A DNA stretch of 56,435 nucleotides from the NCBI RefSeq assembly GCF_004010195.1, contig NC_057719.1, forward strand, positions 1,774,395 to 1,830,829, given 5' to 3'. The position numbers and the translations under genes are program-made. Shown one piece after another: positions 39,465 to 51,109 of the stretch (the stretch's first letter is position 1; each line of letters begins with the position of its first letter). This stretch comes from Chiloscyllium plagiosum (lineage: Eukaryota). Under the pieces are notes generated by a model, which was given only the letters and a program-made list of their open reading frames with translations, was not told the DNA's origin and searched no databases.

Positions 39465-39820
39465 TGCCCCATGTAGCTCACTAACCTTCCAGTGATCACT
39501 TCAACTTTAAAATTCTCCTCCTTGTATTTTAATCTCTCTATTCCAACACACCCTCCTCCCTTTTTAGTATAGCACCAACCCATGTAGTACTTCCTTTGAA
39601 CAGTCTCTGCTACACATTGCTCTTCTGTGTCTCCAATGGAGGATTTTCCTGAAATCCCGTCAGTCTTCCTCACTTCCTGAATGGCCCTCTTGTGAATTCC
39701 ATTTCTTTGGCCAGCTTTGATCAGACCACCGATATCTCCTTTTCCAGCTCGCCATCTGTTCTTTTCCTTCTGCTGGTGTGAAGCACTTTGGGACTTCCTA
39801 ATGTCAGAGACATTGTATGC
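39465..39820 (+). mobile_element. Ancient L2-like 3' end relic
   Basis: tttaaaattctcctccttgtatttt..ccctcctccc and a tgtgaagcactttgggac tail. Confidence 0.45.
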
Positions 39821-42165
39821 TCGAAATGGTGCTGCTGCTGCTATTGGTGGTTGTTGAAACTGTCCAAACTTACACAGGATGGCAACTGCCCAGGTTACCA
39901 GAGAACAGCTGCTGCCAGGTGAACCATACCTTGGCATGGGGCCCAACTGTCAGGGGAGGGAGAGAGAATGGTAGCGGAATGGCTTTACTTCAGGTACACT
40001 TCACTGTGTCCCTACGTGATGCACATTCCAACTGCGGCACAGCGTGAAGCCTGCAATACACTTGAAACAAATGGGATCATGTTAGCATCTTCTTTTAAAC
40101 AGGTGTTCCTATTGACTGATTTCTGAAGTGATTTGCAGATTAGACAGTGCTTAGACTTTTAGATTATTTCAACAACAATTTGCATTGATATAGGACCTTT
40201 CATTTAGGGGTATTATTTAGCAAGTGCTATGACACTGAACCATATCAGATGTATGAGGAGAGTTTCTATCATCTTGGCCACCGAGTGTCTTAATTTCAGA
40301 AAGGGAGGCAAAGAGATCAAAGAAACCAGAGAAAGACTTGGCTTTATGTAACCCCAGTCAACTACCTTGTAACGTTTAACACAGCAGTGTACTCACACAT
40401 GGCAAGCACTTAAGAAAGGCAATGTGATAATGACCAGATCTGTTTTTGTGAGGTTGATTGAGGCTTTATTCCTCTGCTGCTCTTTTCCGTAGATCTTTTA
40501 CGTCCATTTTGAAGAGCAGATGGAGTTCTCTCAGTTGGTTCAACTCATATTTGACAACAACGTCTCCAACAAAGTGGTAGTCCCTCACTGAAGAGTCAGC
40601 CAAGGTTTTTGAAATCTCTGGGAAGGAACTCAAGAGTTTGAAGCTGTTTATTGGTGGGATGAGTAAAATTAGAGATGTGGAAGAGATGAGAATTGGTCGA
40701 ACTCGGATCTCAAAGGGCTGTATGGCTGAACAACCTTCTGAGGTTAGGGAAGAACAGGTGTGAGATAGGGTCTGGAAACAAGGTCTGGAATTGGAAATTG
40801 GAGGCGTTGCTGTATGGGAGCCATCAGGGGAGAGATATCTGATCAATACTTGATGTGACTTGGAGTATGGATGAGGTTTTCATCGGGCTCTCGTGTGTTG
40901 AAGATGGACAACAGAAAAAGATTGGAATAGTTGAGTCTGTGGGTAATAAAAGCATTCCCATGGGTTTCAGCAGCAGAAATGCTAAGGCACACAAACAGGA
41001 CAGAACAGCTCACCCTGAGCATTCTCTTAAATCACTTCTCATGCCTTTGAAAATTCCTCTCTTCGTCTCCAGCTTGATCGCTGTGGGGGTGGGGTCAAGG
41101 TTGAAGAACCTCTTTGCTGGGATCCCACCAATTGCTTCCAGTGACTCCTGTCTGGGAATGATGTCAAGAGCTGAGCTGTGATTTTTTTCATTTTCAGTAG
41201 TACATCAACAATTGTACATATTTATGTAAATCTCTGTGTACCCTTGCTCTCTCACCATTATGTAACCATGCTAATTCTGAAAAGCACTGTTCCTCTGACA
41301 GTAACCTCCAACACATCTCCCCCACTCTCTGCCCACTAACGGACTGGAATAAGCAGCAGTCACTGCACAGAGACAGTGTTTGTAACTGGGTGAGGATCAG
41401 CCATTCAGTGTCCCTGTGCCCCGACTCTCTCCTTTGTCCTCATTTCTCCAAACATTACCCTGTCAGCTTTTCAGCCGACACGTCAGCTTGTTACACAAAG
41501 AGAAAAATCACCCTTTTCACAGCCATTTCAGGCTGTCAGTCAGTTGGCAGAACAATTGACAGCTGCTTCACCCAGCATTTTTGAACTGTTGATTCCAGGC
41601 AAACCTGAAGCAAACATTTTCAGACCAGCTGGTACCTTCAGAAAATCAAGATTCAGATGGTTTTATTCAGTGTTTATCTCCAAATAAAGTTGCCAAACGT
41701 AAATTTCTGGAAAGGGGCATCCCCAGTCTTTGCCTCCCATGAGTGTTTCCTTTCTTTGAGCTTAGCTGCTGTTGTAATTTTGAAGTAAGGAGAATTCTCT
41801 GATGTGAGGTGAATGGTTGCATTCTTAATGCTGCTGAGTGAGCTCAGAGTCATGAGACTTGGGAATGACCTGAAACAAGTGATGATCTGTCCTCCATCTA
41901 GCAGTATTTGGGATTTTACTAAAACATGCTGTCTTTGATTGTGATTTGACCTTATTTTCTGTGCATTACAGGAATTTACCTGTGCATGTTTATTAACAAT
42001 CTGAAAGAAGTTGAGGATCCTGAGTATGCAACAAAGTAGACAAAAATCCCACCAAAGTTAAGGCAGATGGTATTTACTGAGAAATATGAGAATCTTGGTG
42101 ATGGCCGTCTTCTCTCAGTTTCACCTCGGCAGTCAGGTTTCCATTCCTGACGATAATGTTTATGC

Positions 42166-42295
42166 TTTGAGAGTGTGTTGCTGGGAAAGCACAGCAGGTC
42201 AGGCGGCATCCAAGGAGCAGGAGAAACAACGTTTCAGGCATAAGCACAGACTCTTGACTCTGATCTCCAGCATCTGCAGTCCTCACTTTCTCCTA
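42166..42295. mobile_element. Short Penelope-terminus insertion with a perfect 14-bp TSD
   Basis: gataatgtttatgc at 42152-42165 and 42296-42309. The orientation switches inside the element. Confidence 0.82.
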
Positions 42296-42351
42296 GATAA
42301 TGTTTATGCACTTGGTATACTGTGAGGAAAGTCATAATGTATGTTTCTAAA

Positions 42352-42887
42352 GGGTTAGATATAGAATCAAGCTCCATTTATTGTCCCCATCAAACACTCC
42401 CAGAACAGAGACAGAACAGTACTAGACACACAGTAAAACTTCCTCTACACTGTCCGTATCAAACCGTCCAAGACAGGGACAGCACAGGGCTAGTTACAGA
42501 GTGAAGCTTCCTCTACACTGTCCCCATCAAACACTCCAGGACAGGGACAGCATGGGGTTAGATACAGAGTAAAGCAACTTCTACGCTATCCGTATCAAAC
42601 ACTCCCAAGACAGGGACAGCATGGGGTTTGATACAGAGTAAATCTTCCTCTCCACTGTCCCCTATCAAACACTCCCAGGACAGGGACAGCACGAAGTTAG
42701 ATACAGAGTAAAGCTCCCTCTACACTGTCCCCTATCAAACACTCCCAGGACAGGGACAGCACGGGGTTAGATACAGAGTAAAGCTCCCTCTACACTGTCC
42801 CCATCAAACACTCCCAGGACAGGGACAACACAGGGCTTGTTACAGACTAAAGCTGCCTCTACACTGTCCCCATCAAACACTCCAGGA
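42352..42887 (+). repeat. Minisatellite, unit of about 69-70 bp, about 8 copies
   Basis: Unit gggttagatacagagtaaagctccctctacactgtccccatcaaacactcccaggacagggacagcacg. Confidence 0.92.
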
Positions 42888-44015
42888 TATGTGCTGTGAT
42901 TGGGAGATTTTGTGCAAGGATAAAGAACAAACTTATCTCCAAACACAAATCAATTTTCTAGTTAAACCGTAAGGGGCTAAATTCCTGAAAAGCTGCTTCC
43001 CAATTAAACAAACTGCCACAGGCCTTTCAGATAACCTTGGAAATTAATTATACAATGAAGCAGCAGTCCTGAGGAAACACAGAGCTCTCCGATCTATCAC
43101 TCTGTGTCAGCCAGTCTGTGCCTGCCTTTCTGACAGCAGCATGGAGCAGTCCCCCTCATTAAGCACAGATCATTTCCTAAGTGAGTTAATTAGGAGCTGG
43201 TGTCCCTCGGGTGCCTTGGCTTTGTAGTTTCTCTGATACTGTGTGAACAAGAGCTGCCAATCACGCCAATAAAATGTAATCTCCAGACCAGCTCCTCCTG
43301 CAGTGACACATGGTGTTTTCCTGCCCCTGCTCACTGACAAGGTCCATCAAGTGAGAGTCGGCCTGGTGAATAGTGTTGAGATGATTTCTCTTGGTGAAGC
43401 TAGTAATGTTCAGTCTGATGAAAGGTCACAAATGTGAACCTTTTAACTCTATTCCTCTCTTCACAGATGACACTGGAACTGCGCAACGTTTTCTGTTCCC
43501 ATTTCAGATTTCCAAAATCTGCAGCTTTTTATTTTTGTCTTGTTCCAGTGGTCAAAGTGTATTTTTGTTATCTCCAGACACGTCTCTCCCACTGCTCACT
43601 TCATCAGCCTTTCCACCAGCGCAGCCTCGTAAACCGAGATCATGCCTCAGCTATGGACAGTACACTTCCCTTTTATACCCCACTCTAATATATTCACTTT
43701 TCAGTTGAAGCCCATCTCTCTAGTGTCTTATTCACACACACTAATACTGAGCTATGTTTGAACACGCTAGATATACCACCTCACAGATTAGTCAAAACAT
43801 TGACCATGTTTAAATTGATTATTTTTCTGTTGTACATTTAAAACTTTCACGCAGGTATAACTTCAGGACCACTGAACCCGCTTTAATGTGAAACAGGAGC
43901 AACAGGATTATTACTTTGAAGTGTACAATTCAGTCCACCCTTTGATTTTGGTCTGAATATTAAAGGCTCAAACTGAAAACGCCAACTCAAAGACTAATTC
44001 TCCTTTCTCTTCCAG

Positions 44016-44067
44016 ACTTCGGCCCCTGATTTCTTCAGTACCTTCGAAAAAACCAGCAAATAACCCG
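44016..44067 (+). CDS. BRF1: BRF1 third-from-last coding exon (52 bp), (R)LRPLISSVPSKKPANNP
   Basis: Acceptor tcctttctcttccag| and donor CCG|gtaaca. The peptide resembles my recollection of human BRF1 RLRPLVSTQPAKKVATGE. It ends in phase 0, matching the next exon. Confidence 0.88.
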
Positions 44068-44143
44068 GTAACAAGCCCTTACTCAGTTTTTATGGATTTT
44101 TAAAATGTCAAATCCTCTTACCATGGTTTTGCTGATTCCACTG

Positions 44144-45875
44144 ATTGGGGGGTCAGTGCTGAGGGATTGCAAACATTGGAGGTGACTGCTGAGGGACTGC
44201 AGACATTGGGGGTCAGTGCTGTGAGACTGCAGTCATTGGGGGTCAGTGCTGTGAGACTGCAGTCATTGGGGGTCAGTGCTGAGGGACTGCAGAAATTGGG
44301 GGTCAGTGCTGTGGGACTGCAGTCATTGGGGGTAAGTGTTGAGGGACTGCAGACATTGGGATCAGTACTGTGGGACTGCAGACATTGGGGTCAGTACTGT
44401 GGGACTGCAGTCATTGGGGTCAGTACTGTGGGACTACAGTCATTGGGGGTCAGTGTTGAGGGACAGCAGACATTGGGGTCAGTACTGTGGGACTGCCGTC
44501 ATTGGGGCGTCAGTATTGAGGGACTGCAAACACTGGGGGTCAGTGCAGAGGGACTGCAGACATGGGGGTCAGTGCTGTGGGACTGCAGTCATTGGGGGGT
44601 CAGTATTGAGGGACTGCAGTCATTGGGGGTCAGTGTTGAGGGACAGCAGACATTGGGGTCAGTACTGTGGGACTGCCGTCATTGGGGCGNNNNNNNNNNN
44701 NNNNNNNNNNNNNNNNNNNNNNNNNNNNNNNNNNNNNNNNNNNNNNNNNNNNNNNNNNNNNNNNNNNNNNNNNNNNNNNNNNNNNNNNNNNNNNNNNNNN
44801 NNNNNNNNNNNNNNNNNNNNNNNNNNNNNNNNNNNNNNNNNNNNNNNNNNNNNNNNNNNNNNNNNNNNNNNNNNAGGGCGTGGGGGGGGCAGTAGTGGGG
44901 GACTGCAGTCATGGGGGGTCAGTGTTGAGGGACTGGAGTCATTGGGGGTCAGTGCAGAGGGACTGCAGCCATGGGGGTCAGTGCTGTGGGACTGCAGTCG
45001 TTGGGGGATCAGTGCTGTGGGACTGCCGTCATTGGGGGGTCAGTATTGAGGGACTGCAAATATTGGGGGTCAGTGCAGAGGGACTACAGACATGGGGGGT
45101 CAATGCTGTTGGACTGGAGTCATTGGAGGTCAGTATTGAGGGCCTGCAGACATTGGGGGTCAATGCAGAGGGACTGCAGACATGGGGGTCAGTGTTGTGG
45201 GACTGCAGCCATTGGGGGTCAGTATTGAGGGACTGCAATCACTCGGGGTCAGTGCTGAGGGACTGCAGTCGTTGGGGTCACTGCTGAGGGACTGCAGTCC
45301 TTGAGGGTTAAGTATTGAGCAACTGCAGACATTAGGGGTCAGTATTGAGGGACTGCAGTCATTGGGGGGGTCAGTGCTGAGGCACTGCAGACATTAGGGG
45401 TCAGTACTGAGGGACTGCAGATATTGGGAGTTAGTGCTGTGAGACTGCAGTCATTGGTCAGTGCTGAGGGACTGCAGACATTGGGGGTCAGTGCTGACGG
45501 ACTGCAGTCATTGGGGATTGGTGGTGAGGGACTGCAGGCATTTTGGGGTCAGTGCTGTGGGATTGCAGTCAGTGCTGTGGGATTGGGGGTCAATGCTGAG
45601 GGGCTGCAATCATTGGGGGTCAGTATTGAGGAACTCCTCCCATAGGGATCAGTGCTGAAGGACTCCAGTCATTGGGGGGTCAGTATTGAGGGACTGCAGT
45701 CATTGGGGGGTCAGTATTGAGGGACTGCAGTCATTGGGGGGTCAGTATTGAGGGACTGCACTCATTCGGGGGTCAGTATTGAGGTACTGCAGTCGTTGGG
45801 GGATCAGTATTGAGGGACTGCAGACATTTGGTTGTCAGTGCTGTGGGACTGCAGTCGTTGGGGTCACTGCTGAGG
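44144..45875 (+). repeat. G-rich minisatellite, unit of about 30 bp, containing a gap at 44690-44874
   Basis: Unit gggactgcag(t/a)cattgggggtcagt(g/a)(c/t)tg(a/t). Confidence 0.95.
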
Positions 45876-45926
45876 TCTGGTGCCGCGGCACTACCTTCTT
45901 GCTATCGTTGGGGTGAATCATAGAAT

Positions 45927-46098
45927 AGGTAAAAACAATGACTGCAGATGCTGGAAACCAGATTCTGGATTAGTGGTGCTGGAGGGGCACAGCAGTTCAG
46001 GCAGCATCCGAGGAGCAATAAAATCGACGTTTCGGGCAAAAGCCCTTCATCAGGAATAAAAGGCTTTTGCCCGAAACATCGATTGTACTGCTCCTCGG
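45927..46098. mobile_element. Penelope-terminus element with a short inverted arm
   Basis: aggtaaaaacaatgactgcagatgctgg...gacgtttcgggcaaaagcccttcatcaggaat, then ggcttttgcccgaaacatcgat. Confidence 0.8.
46022..46057 (-). ncRNA. Minimal type I hammerhead-ribozyme-like motif with an intact core
   Basis: Minus strand reads ATTC-CTGATGA-A-GGGC-TTTT-GCCC-GAAA-CG-TC-GATT. Confidence 0.68.
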
Positions 46099-46311
46099 TC
46101 AGTCTAGCTTGGGATCCCTGATGTCATTATATGGAGTAGCTGTGCGAACAGTTACAAAACCAGTCCGGGGCGAGGAAGGTTACAAAGTAAAATGGTTTCA
46201 AGAGGTGAATTTTGACAGCTGCCTTCTCATTTGCAATGTCCTCCCAATCCTACCCTCCTCCCTCCCTCCCATCAGCGTTGTCCAAACCTCTGGTATTGGT
46301 GACATTCTGCA

Positions 46312-46460
46312 GTGTGTGTGTGTAATGCACGCGCGCGCACACACAGACGCACGTGCACACACACACACCCACAGACACACACACACACCCACACACACAC
46401 ACACACACCCACAGACACACACACACACACACACACAATCACACACACACACACTCACAC
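46312..46460. repeat. (GT)n-(GC)n-(CA)n microsatellite
   Basis: Directly visible in the sequence. Confidence 0.9.
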
Positions 46461-46861
46461 CAGGGTCGTCTCCATTGTCAAAATAAATGAGGCTCAAGAT
46501 TGTGATTGTTTCGAATCTTTTAATAAGTTAGCTTTTTTTAAAAAAAATTCTAATGGATTAATTTGCATTGGTACATTTTAATAAGAATTTAAAAACATTT
46601 TAATTTTCAGACCCAATCTGATAAAGTACCTGGGGAATTGTGTTTTATTGCAATGGCTGTTGCTGATTACCGAAGATTAGCACACGTTTTTCCTGATATA
46701 ACAGACAGGTAGTGTCAGTGATAATTAGTAAGAATTAAAGGTAACTTGTTAAATTGGTAAATTGTTAACTTGTTAAATTGTTAAATTGTCAACCCATCCT
46801 AAATATTGTACACAGAGTGGTGATGTCTTCACATTCACTATTGTCTCTCAGCAACCCCTTG

Positions 46862-47790
46862 TCATAGTCATAGTCATAGAGCTGTACAGGATTGAAACAG
46901 ACCCTACTGTCCAACCCTTCCATGCCAACCAGATATCCCAACCCAATCTAGTCCCACCTGCCAGCACCCGGCCCATATCCCTCCAAACCTTTCCTATTCA
47001 TATACCCATCCAAATGCCTTTTAAATGTTGCAATTGTACCAGCCTCCACCACTTCCTCTGGCAGCTTATTCCATACACGTACCACCCTCTGCATGAAAAA
47101 GTTGCCCCTTAGGTCTCTTTTATATCTTTCCCCTCTCACCCTAAACCTATGCCCTCTAGTTCTGGACTCCCCCATCCCAAGGAAAAGACCTGGTTTATTT
47201 ATTCTATCCATGCCTCTCATGATTTTATAAACCTCTATAAGGTCACCCCTCAGCCTCCAACACTCCAGGGAAAAAAACCCAGCGTGTTCAGCCTCTCCCT
47301 ATAGATCAAATACTCCAACCCCGGCAACATCCTTGTAAATCTTTTCTGAACCCTTTCTAGTTTCACCACATCCTTCTAATAGGAAGGAGACTAGAATTGC
47401 ATGCAATATTCCAAAAGTGGCCTAATCAATATCCTGTACATCTACAACATGACCTCCCAACTCCTGTACTCAATACTCTGACCAATAAAGGAAAGCATAC
47501 CAAACGCCTTCTTCACTATTCCATCTACGCAATATTCCAAAAGTGGCCTAACCAATGTCCCGTACAGCTGTAACATGACCTCCCAACTCCTGTACTCAAT
47601 ACTCAGACCAATATAGGAAAGCATGCCAACACTTTCTTCACTATCCTATCTACCTGCGACTCCACTTTCAAGGAGCTATGAACCTGCACTCCAAGGTCTC
47701 TTTGTTCAGCAACGTTCCCTAGGACCTTCCCATTAAGTGTATAAGTCCTGCTAAGATTTGCTTTCCCAAAATGCAGCACCTCGCATTTAT
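46862..47790 (-). mobile_element. CR1 3' about 0.9 kb, with an internal 126-bp duplication
   Basis: Translates to IEYRSWEVMLQLYGTLVRPLLEYCV. Sequence at 47403-47528 is repeated at 47529-47653. Confidence 0.9.
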
Positions 47791-47987
47791 CTGGCGACTT
47801 CAGTCAAGCCAATCTAGGGAAGGTGTTGCCCAAGTACCACCAGAATATTACCTGCCCCACAAGGGGCCCGAACATTTTAGACCACTGCTACACCACTGTG
47901 AAAGATGTCTACCGCTCCATCCCTCCGCTTTCATTTCGGGAATTCCGACCACAACGCCACGTTTCTTCTCCCAGCTCCTCAGTGGTC

Positions 47988-48290
47988 AGATTAGATTAGA
48001 TTAGATTAGATTACTTACAGTGTGGAAACAGGCCCTTCGGCCCAACAAGTCCACACCGACCCGCCGAAGCGCAACCCACCCATACCCCTACATTTTACCC
48101 CTTACCTAACACTACGGGCAATTTAGCACGGCCAATTCACCTGACCTGCACATTTTTGGACTGTGGGAGGAAACCGGAGCACCCGGAGGAAACCCACGCA
48201 GACACGGGGAGAATGTGCAAACTCCACACAGTCAGTCGCCTGAGGCGGGAATTGAACCCGGGTCTCTGGTGCTGTGAGGCCGTGCCACCC
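47988..48290 (-). mobile_element. HE1-type V-SINE with the A-box region deleted
   Basis: (gatta)n tail, V-domain and B box are present. The aacagtgctaaccactgtgcca segment seen in the 7699 and 14341 copies is missing. Confidence 0.88.
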
Positions 48291-48869
48291 TAGATCTGTA
48301 GCCTAATCCAGTACTCAGCCTGAGACCAGCAAGATGTTTGCTTAAGTCCCTGTGCTGGGTTTTCCGATCGCAGAGTTTGGGATATTATATTTAATCCCAA
48401 GTGAGAAAAGCAGTGGACATAAGGACTACATATATACCCTGGAATTATAATAGATGGCTAAGTGGTGAGGCAGCACTTTCATTTTCCCACCTGCCCTTTG
48501 CTGAGGTCATTTTTCCCTCAATCAGCCTTAACTGAGTAAATCTCAGCTGTCTATGCAATACTCAGTGCATTTCTGTCCATGTCATAGAGTCATTCATATC
48601 CAGTCAAAAGCCATTCAGCCTTCTGTTACTGGACTGACTCGCTATTGAGCAACTCAGACCTATTTCCCCATTCTACTCCTGTACTCATAGAAATTTATTT
48701 TGTCGAGTTCCTATCCGATTTGAAATGATTCACCATCTCCACTTCCAATATACAGTGTTTCCCCCCTGCCCGGAGTGGGCAGGGAGTTCCACGGCTTTAC
48801 CACTAAGCCACTGTGTTTCAAAAAAAAGGTTCTTCCTTATAATAATTTAGCATTATTTGGCCAAAATAG

Positions 48870-49750
48870 AGTTGGAGCTTTTTACAGAACAGAAACTGCA
48901 TTTTGGCCCATCCTATGCACACCGGTCATTAATCATCTACCTATTCTAATCCCATTTTCCAGCACTTGACCTGTAGTGTGTGCATGTCATGTGCTCTCTC
49001 TGTCTCAGGTTAAATTCCATTTGCCACTGTTCAGCCCATCTGAGCAGCCTGTCTATATTGTTTTGTAGCCCTAGGCTACCTCCTCACTATTTGCTACACC
49101 ACCTATTATCGTACCATCTGTGAGCTTATTGATCATACCTCCTACATTCATATTTGTATACAGCAAAGGACCCAGCACCGACCCTATGGTACTCCATTGG
49201 AGACAGGCATCAAGTCCTGAAAACACCCTTCAACCATCTCCCTCTGCTTCCTGCTACTATCCCAACTTGGATCCAATTTGCCAACTTGCCCTGGATCCCA
49301 CGGACTCTTAGCTTCTTAACTAACCTGCCATGTAAGACTTTATCACAAGACTTACTGCACTGCCCTCATCTACACACCTAGTCACCTCCTTGAAAAATTA
49401 AAATTTATTGGATATGAACTCCGTACAAAGCCATACTAACTATCCTTGATCAATCCTTACCTCTCCAAGTGGAGATTAATTCTGTCCCTCACAAGGTTTC
49501 CATTATTTTTCTACCACTGACAACAGGCTCAGTTTCCTGCTTTACCCCTACCACCTCTCTTGAATAATGGTACCACATTAGCTGTCCTTCAGTCCTATGT
49601 GGCCAGAGAGGATTTAAAAATTAATGCCAGAGCCCCTCGGTCTCCTCCGTCATCTCCTGCAGCAACGTTGGATACCTGTCATGGAGCCTGGGCATTTATC
49701 CACCTCAAGATGCTAAAACCTGTCATATCTCTTTCCTCTCAATGCTAATG
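48870..49750 (-). mobile_element. Degraded CR1 ORF2 region
   Basis: aaattccatttgccactgttcagccca, ggacccagcaccgaccctatggtactcca (reverse of GVP.GSVLGP) and gggcatttatccacc. Confidence 0.65.
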
Positions 49751-49920
49751 TGCAAGTATATCACGGTCCCCCTCCCTGGTATCTAGGGCAATTAGAGATG
49801 GATGGACAACAAAGCCCATACCCCATAAATGAGTAATAAACAGAAACCTAACTAAAAGGTACAATCTGAAAATTTAGGCTTTACAACGTAAGACTGGAAT
49901 CCTGCTAATTAAAGCAATCA

Positions 49921-50008
49921 GAGTTTAGATCAGAGTGGTGCTGGAAGAGCACAGCAGGTCAGGCAGCATCTGAGGAGCAGGAAAATCGATGTTTCAGGCA
50001 AAAGCCCA
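49921..50008 (-). mobile_element. Short Penelope-terminus insertion with a perfect 14-bp TSD
   Basis: aattaaagcaatca at 49907-49920 and 50009-50022. Confidence 0.8.
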
Positions 50009-50066
50009 AATTAAAGCAATCACTCTGCCTTGATTTAAAGTAGTCAGAGCAACTCGAGGTCCCCCA

Positions 50067-50245
50067 ACAGAAATTGCTGGAGAAACTCAGCAGGTCTGGG
50101 AAGCATCTGAGCAGAGAAACAGAGTTAACATTTCAAATCCAGTGACCTTTCTTCAGAACATTGTTTGAAACTATGTCACTGGAAACGCAGATGCTGCCAC
50201 ACCTGCTGAGTTCTCCAGCAGTCTCTGCTTCTTTCAGATCTTCAT
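50067..50245. mobile_element. Older palindromic element with a hammerhead-like motif (50124-50159, minus strand)
   Basis: tgctggagaaactcagcaggt is inverted as acctgctgagttctccagca. Minus strand reads GTT-CTGAAGA-A-AGGTC-ACTG-GATTT-GAAA-TG-TT-AAC. Confidence 0.6.
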
Positions 50246-50939
50246 CATCCTCAGATCATTGTTTTAATAAAGATCCCCATATGGTTGACACTTTGCTGAA
50301 ATACCCCAGGAAAGTCTCCGGTATTAAGCACTGAAACTGTCGAACAAATTGACCACCTTTCACCGGCCTGGGGACATTTGGTACAATAAGCCATTAACAA
50401 TTCACTGCAGTCACTGTCAGTCGACAACAAACCCAAGTCTTTACTCATCTCACCTGACGAGTCCTGATGTAGGTCAGTGTTATTCTTTGTTTTATACACG
50501 GCCTGCGAGCTAGCTTGGAATCCTAAAATTGTTATATTAAATTAAGCCATTGTTGAGAAGAGGTGATGGAAACTCAACCTGTAGTAAGAGGGAAGCATAG
50601 GACACCTTGCTAAAAGACGGAGGACAAATTAGGAAACTGGATTGTGCTTGTGGTTATGGTCCAGGAATCACATCAGGATTAGAATTGTGTAATCCCAACT
50701 CAGTCATGTTTGAAAATCACTCCTTGCTGTAGTCAGGTCTGGTGCTCGGATTAGAGGAGCTGTCCTCCAGACAACACAGCAACAGCTTGATGCAGTTATA
50801 CTTTCAAAATCATTTTCGTCAACTTACTGTTCGTCAACTTCTATCCCCAGTCTCCCCTGTTCCACTGCCAACGAGCCACCACAGTAATATAATCTCAGTA
50901 GAGGGGCTCTGGGAGTCCTCAGCATTCACTGTGCATCCC

Positions 50940-51074
50940 ATTTTCTCTCCCCTCTATTTTTCTCATTCTCCAAGTCTTTCTATCTCTATTTCTCTATCTA
51001 TCCCTCTTGCTCTCTCTGCCCTTCTGTCTCTCCCCTCTGTCTCTGTTTCGCTGTCTGTTTCTCTCTGTTTCTCC

Positions 51075-51109
<35 letters not shown>

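Noticed and set aside
39437..39946. 169-aa minus-strand ORF as a possible nested gene
   Set aside because: It has no recognisable domain and lies antisense to an L2-like relic.
42352..42887. CRISPR-like periodicity
   Set aside because: The whole unit repeats with no unique spacers, the context is eukaryotic, and no cas genes are present.
43411..43450. Hammerhead-like ctgatgaaaggtcac...gaacc (also at about 4423 and 7098)
   Set aside because: The core or stems are too decayed to call as ribozymes. I count them only as relics of families B and C.
1..44015. Nested BTBD6 gene (intronic to BRF1 in human, from memory)
   Set aside because: No BTB, BACK or PHR-like ORF is seen here. It would be expected in a more 5' intron.
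44167..45658. Repetitive ORFs (GLQSLGVS..., WDCRHWG...)
   Set aside because: They are translations of a 30-bp minisatellite with frequent G-run frameshifts.
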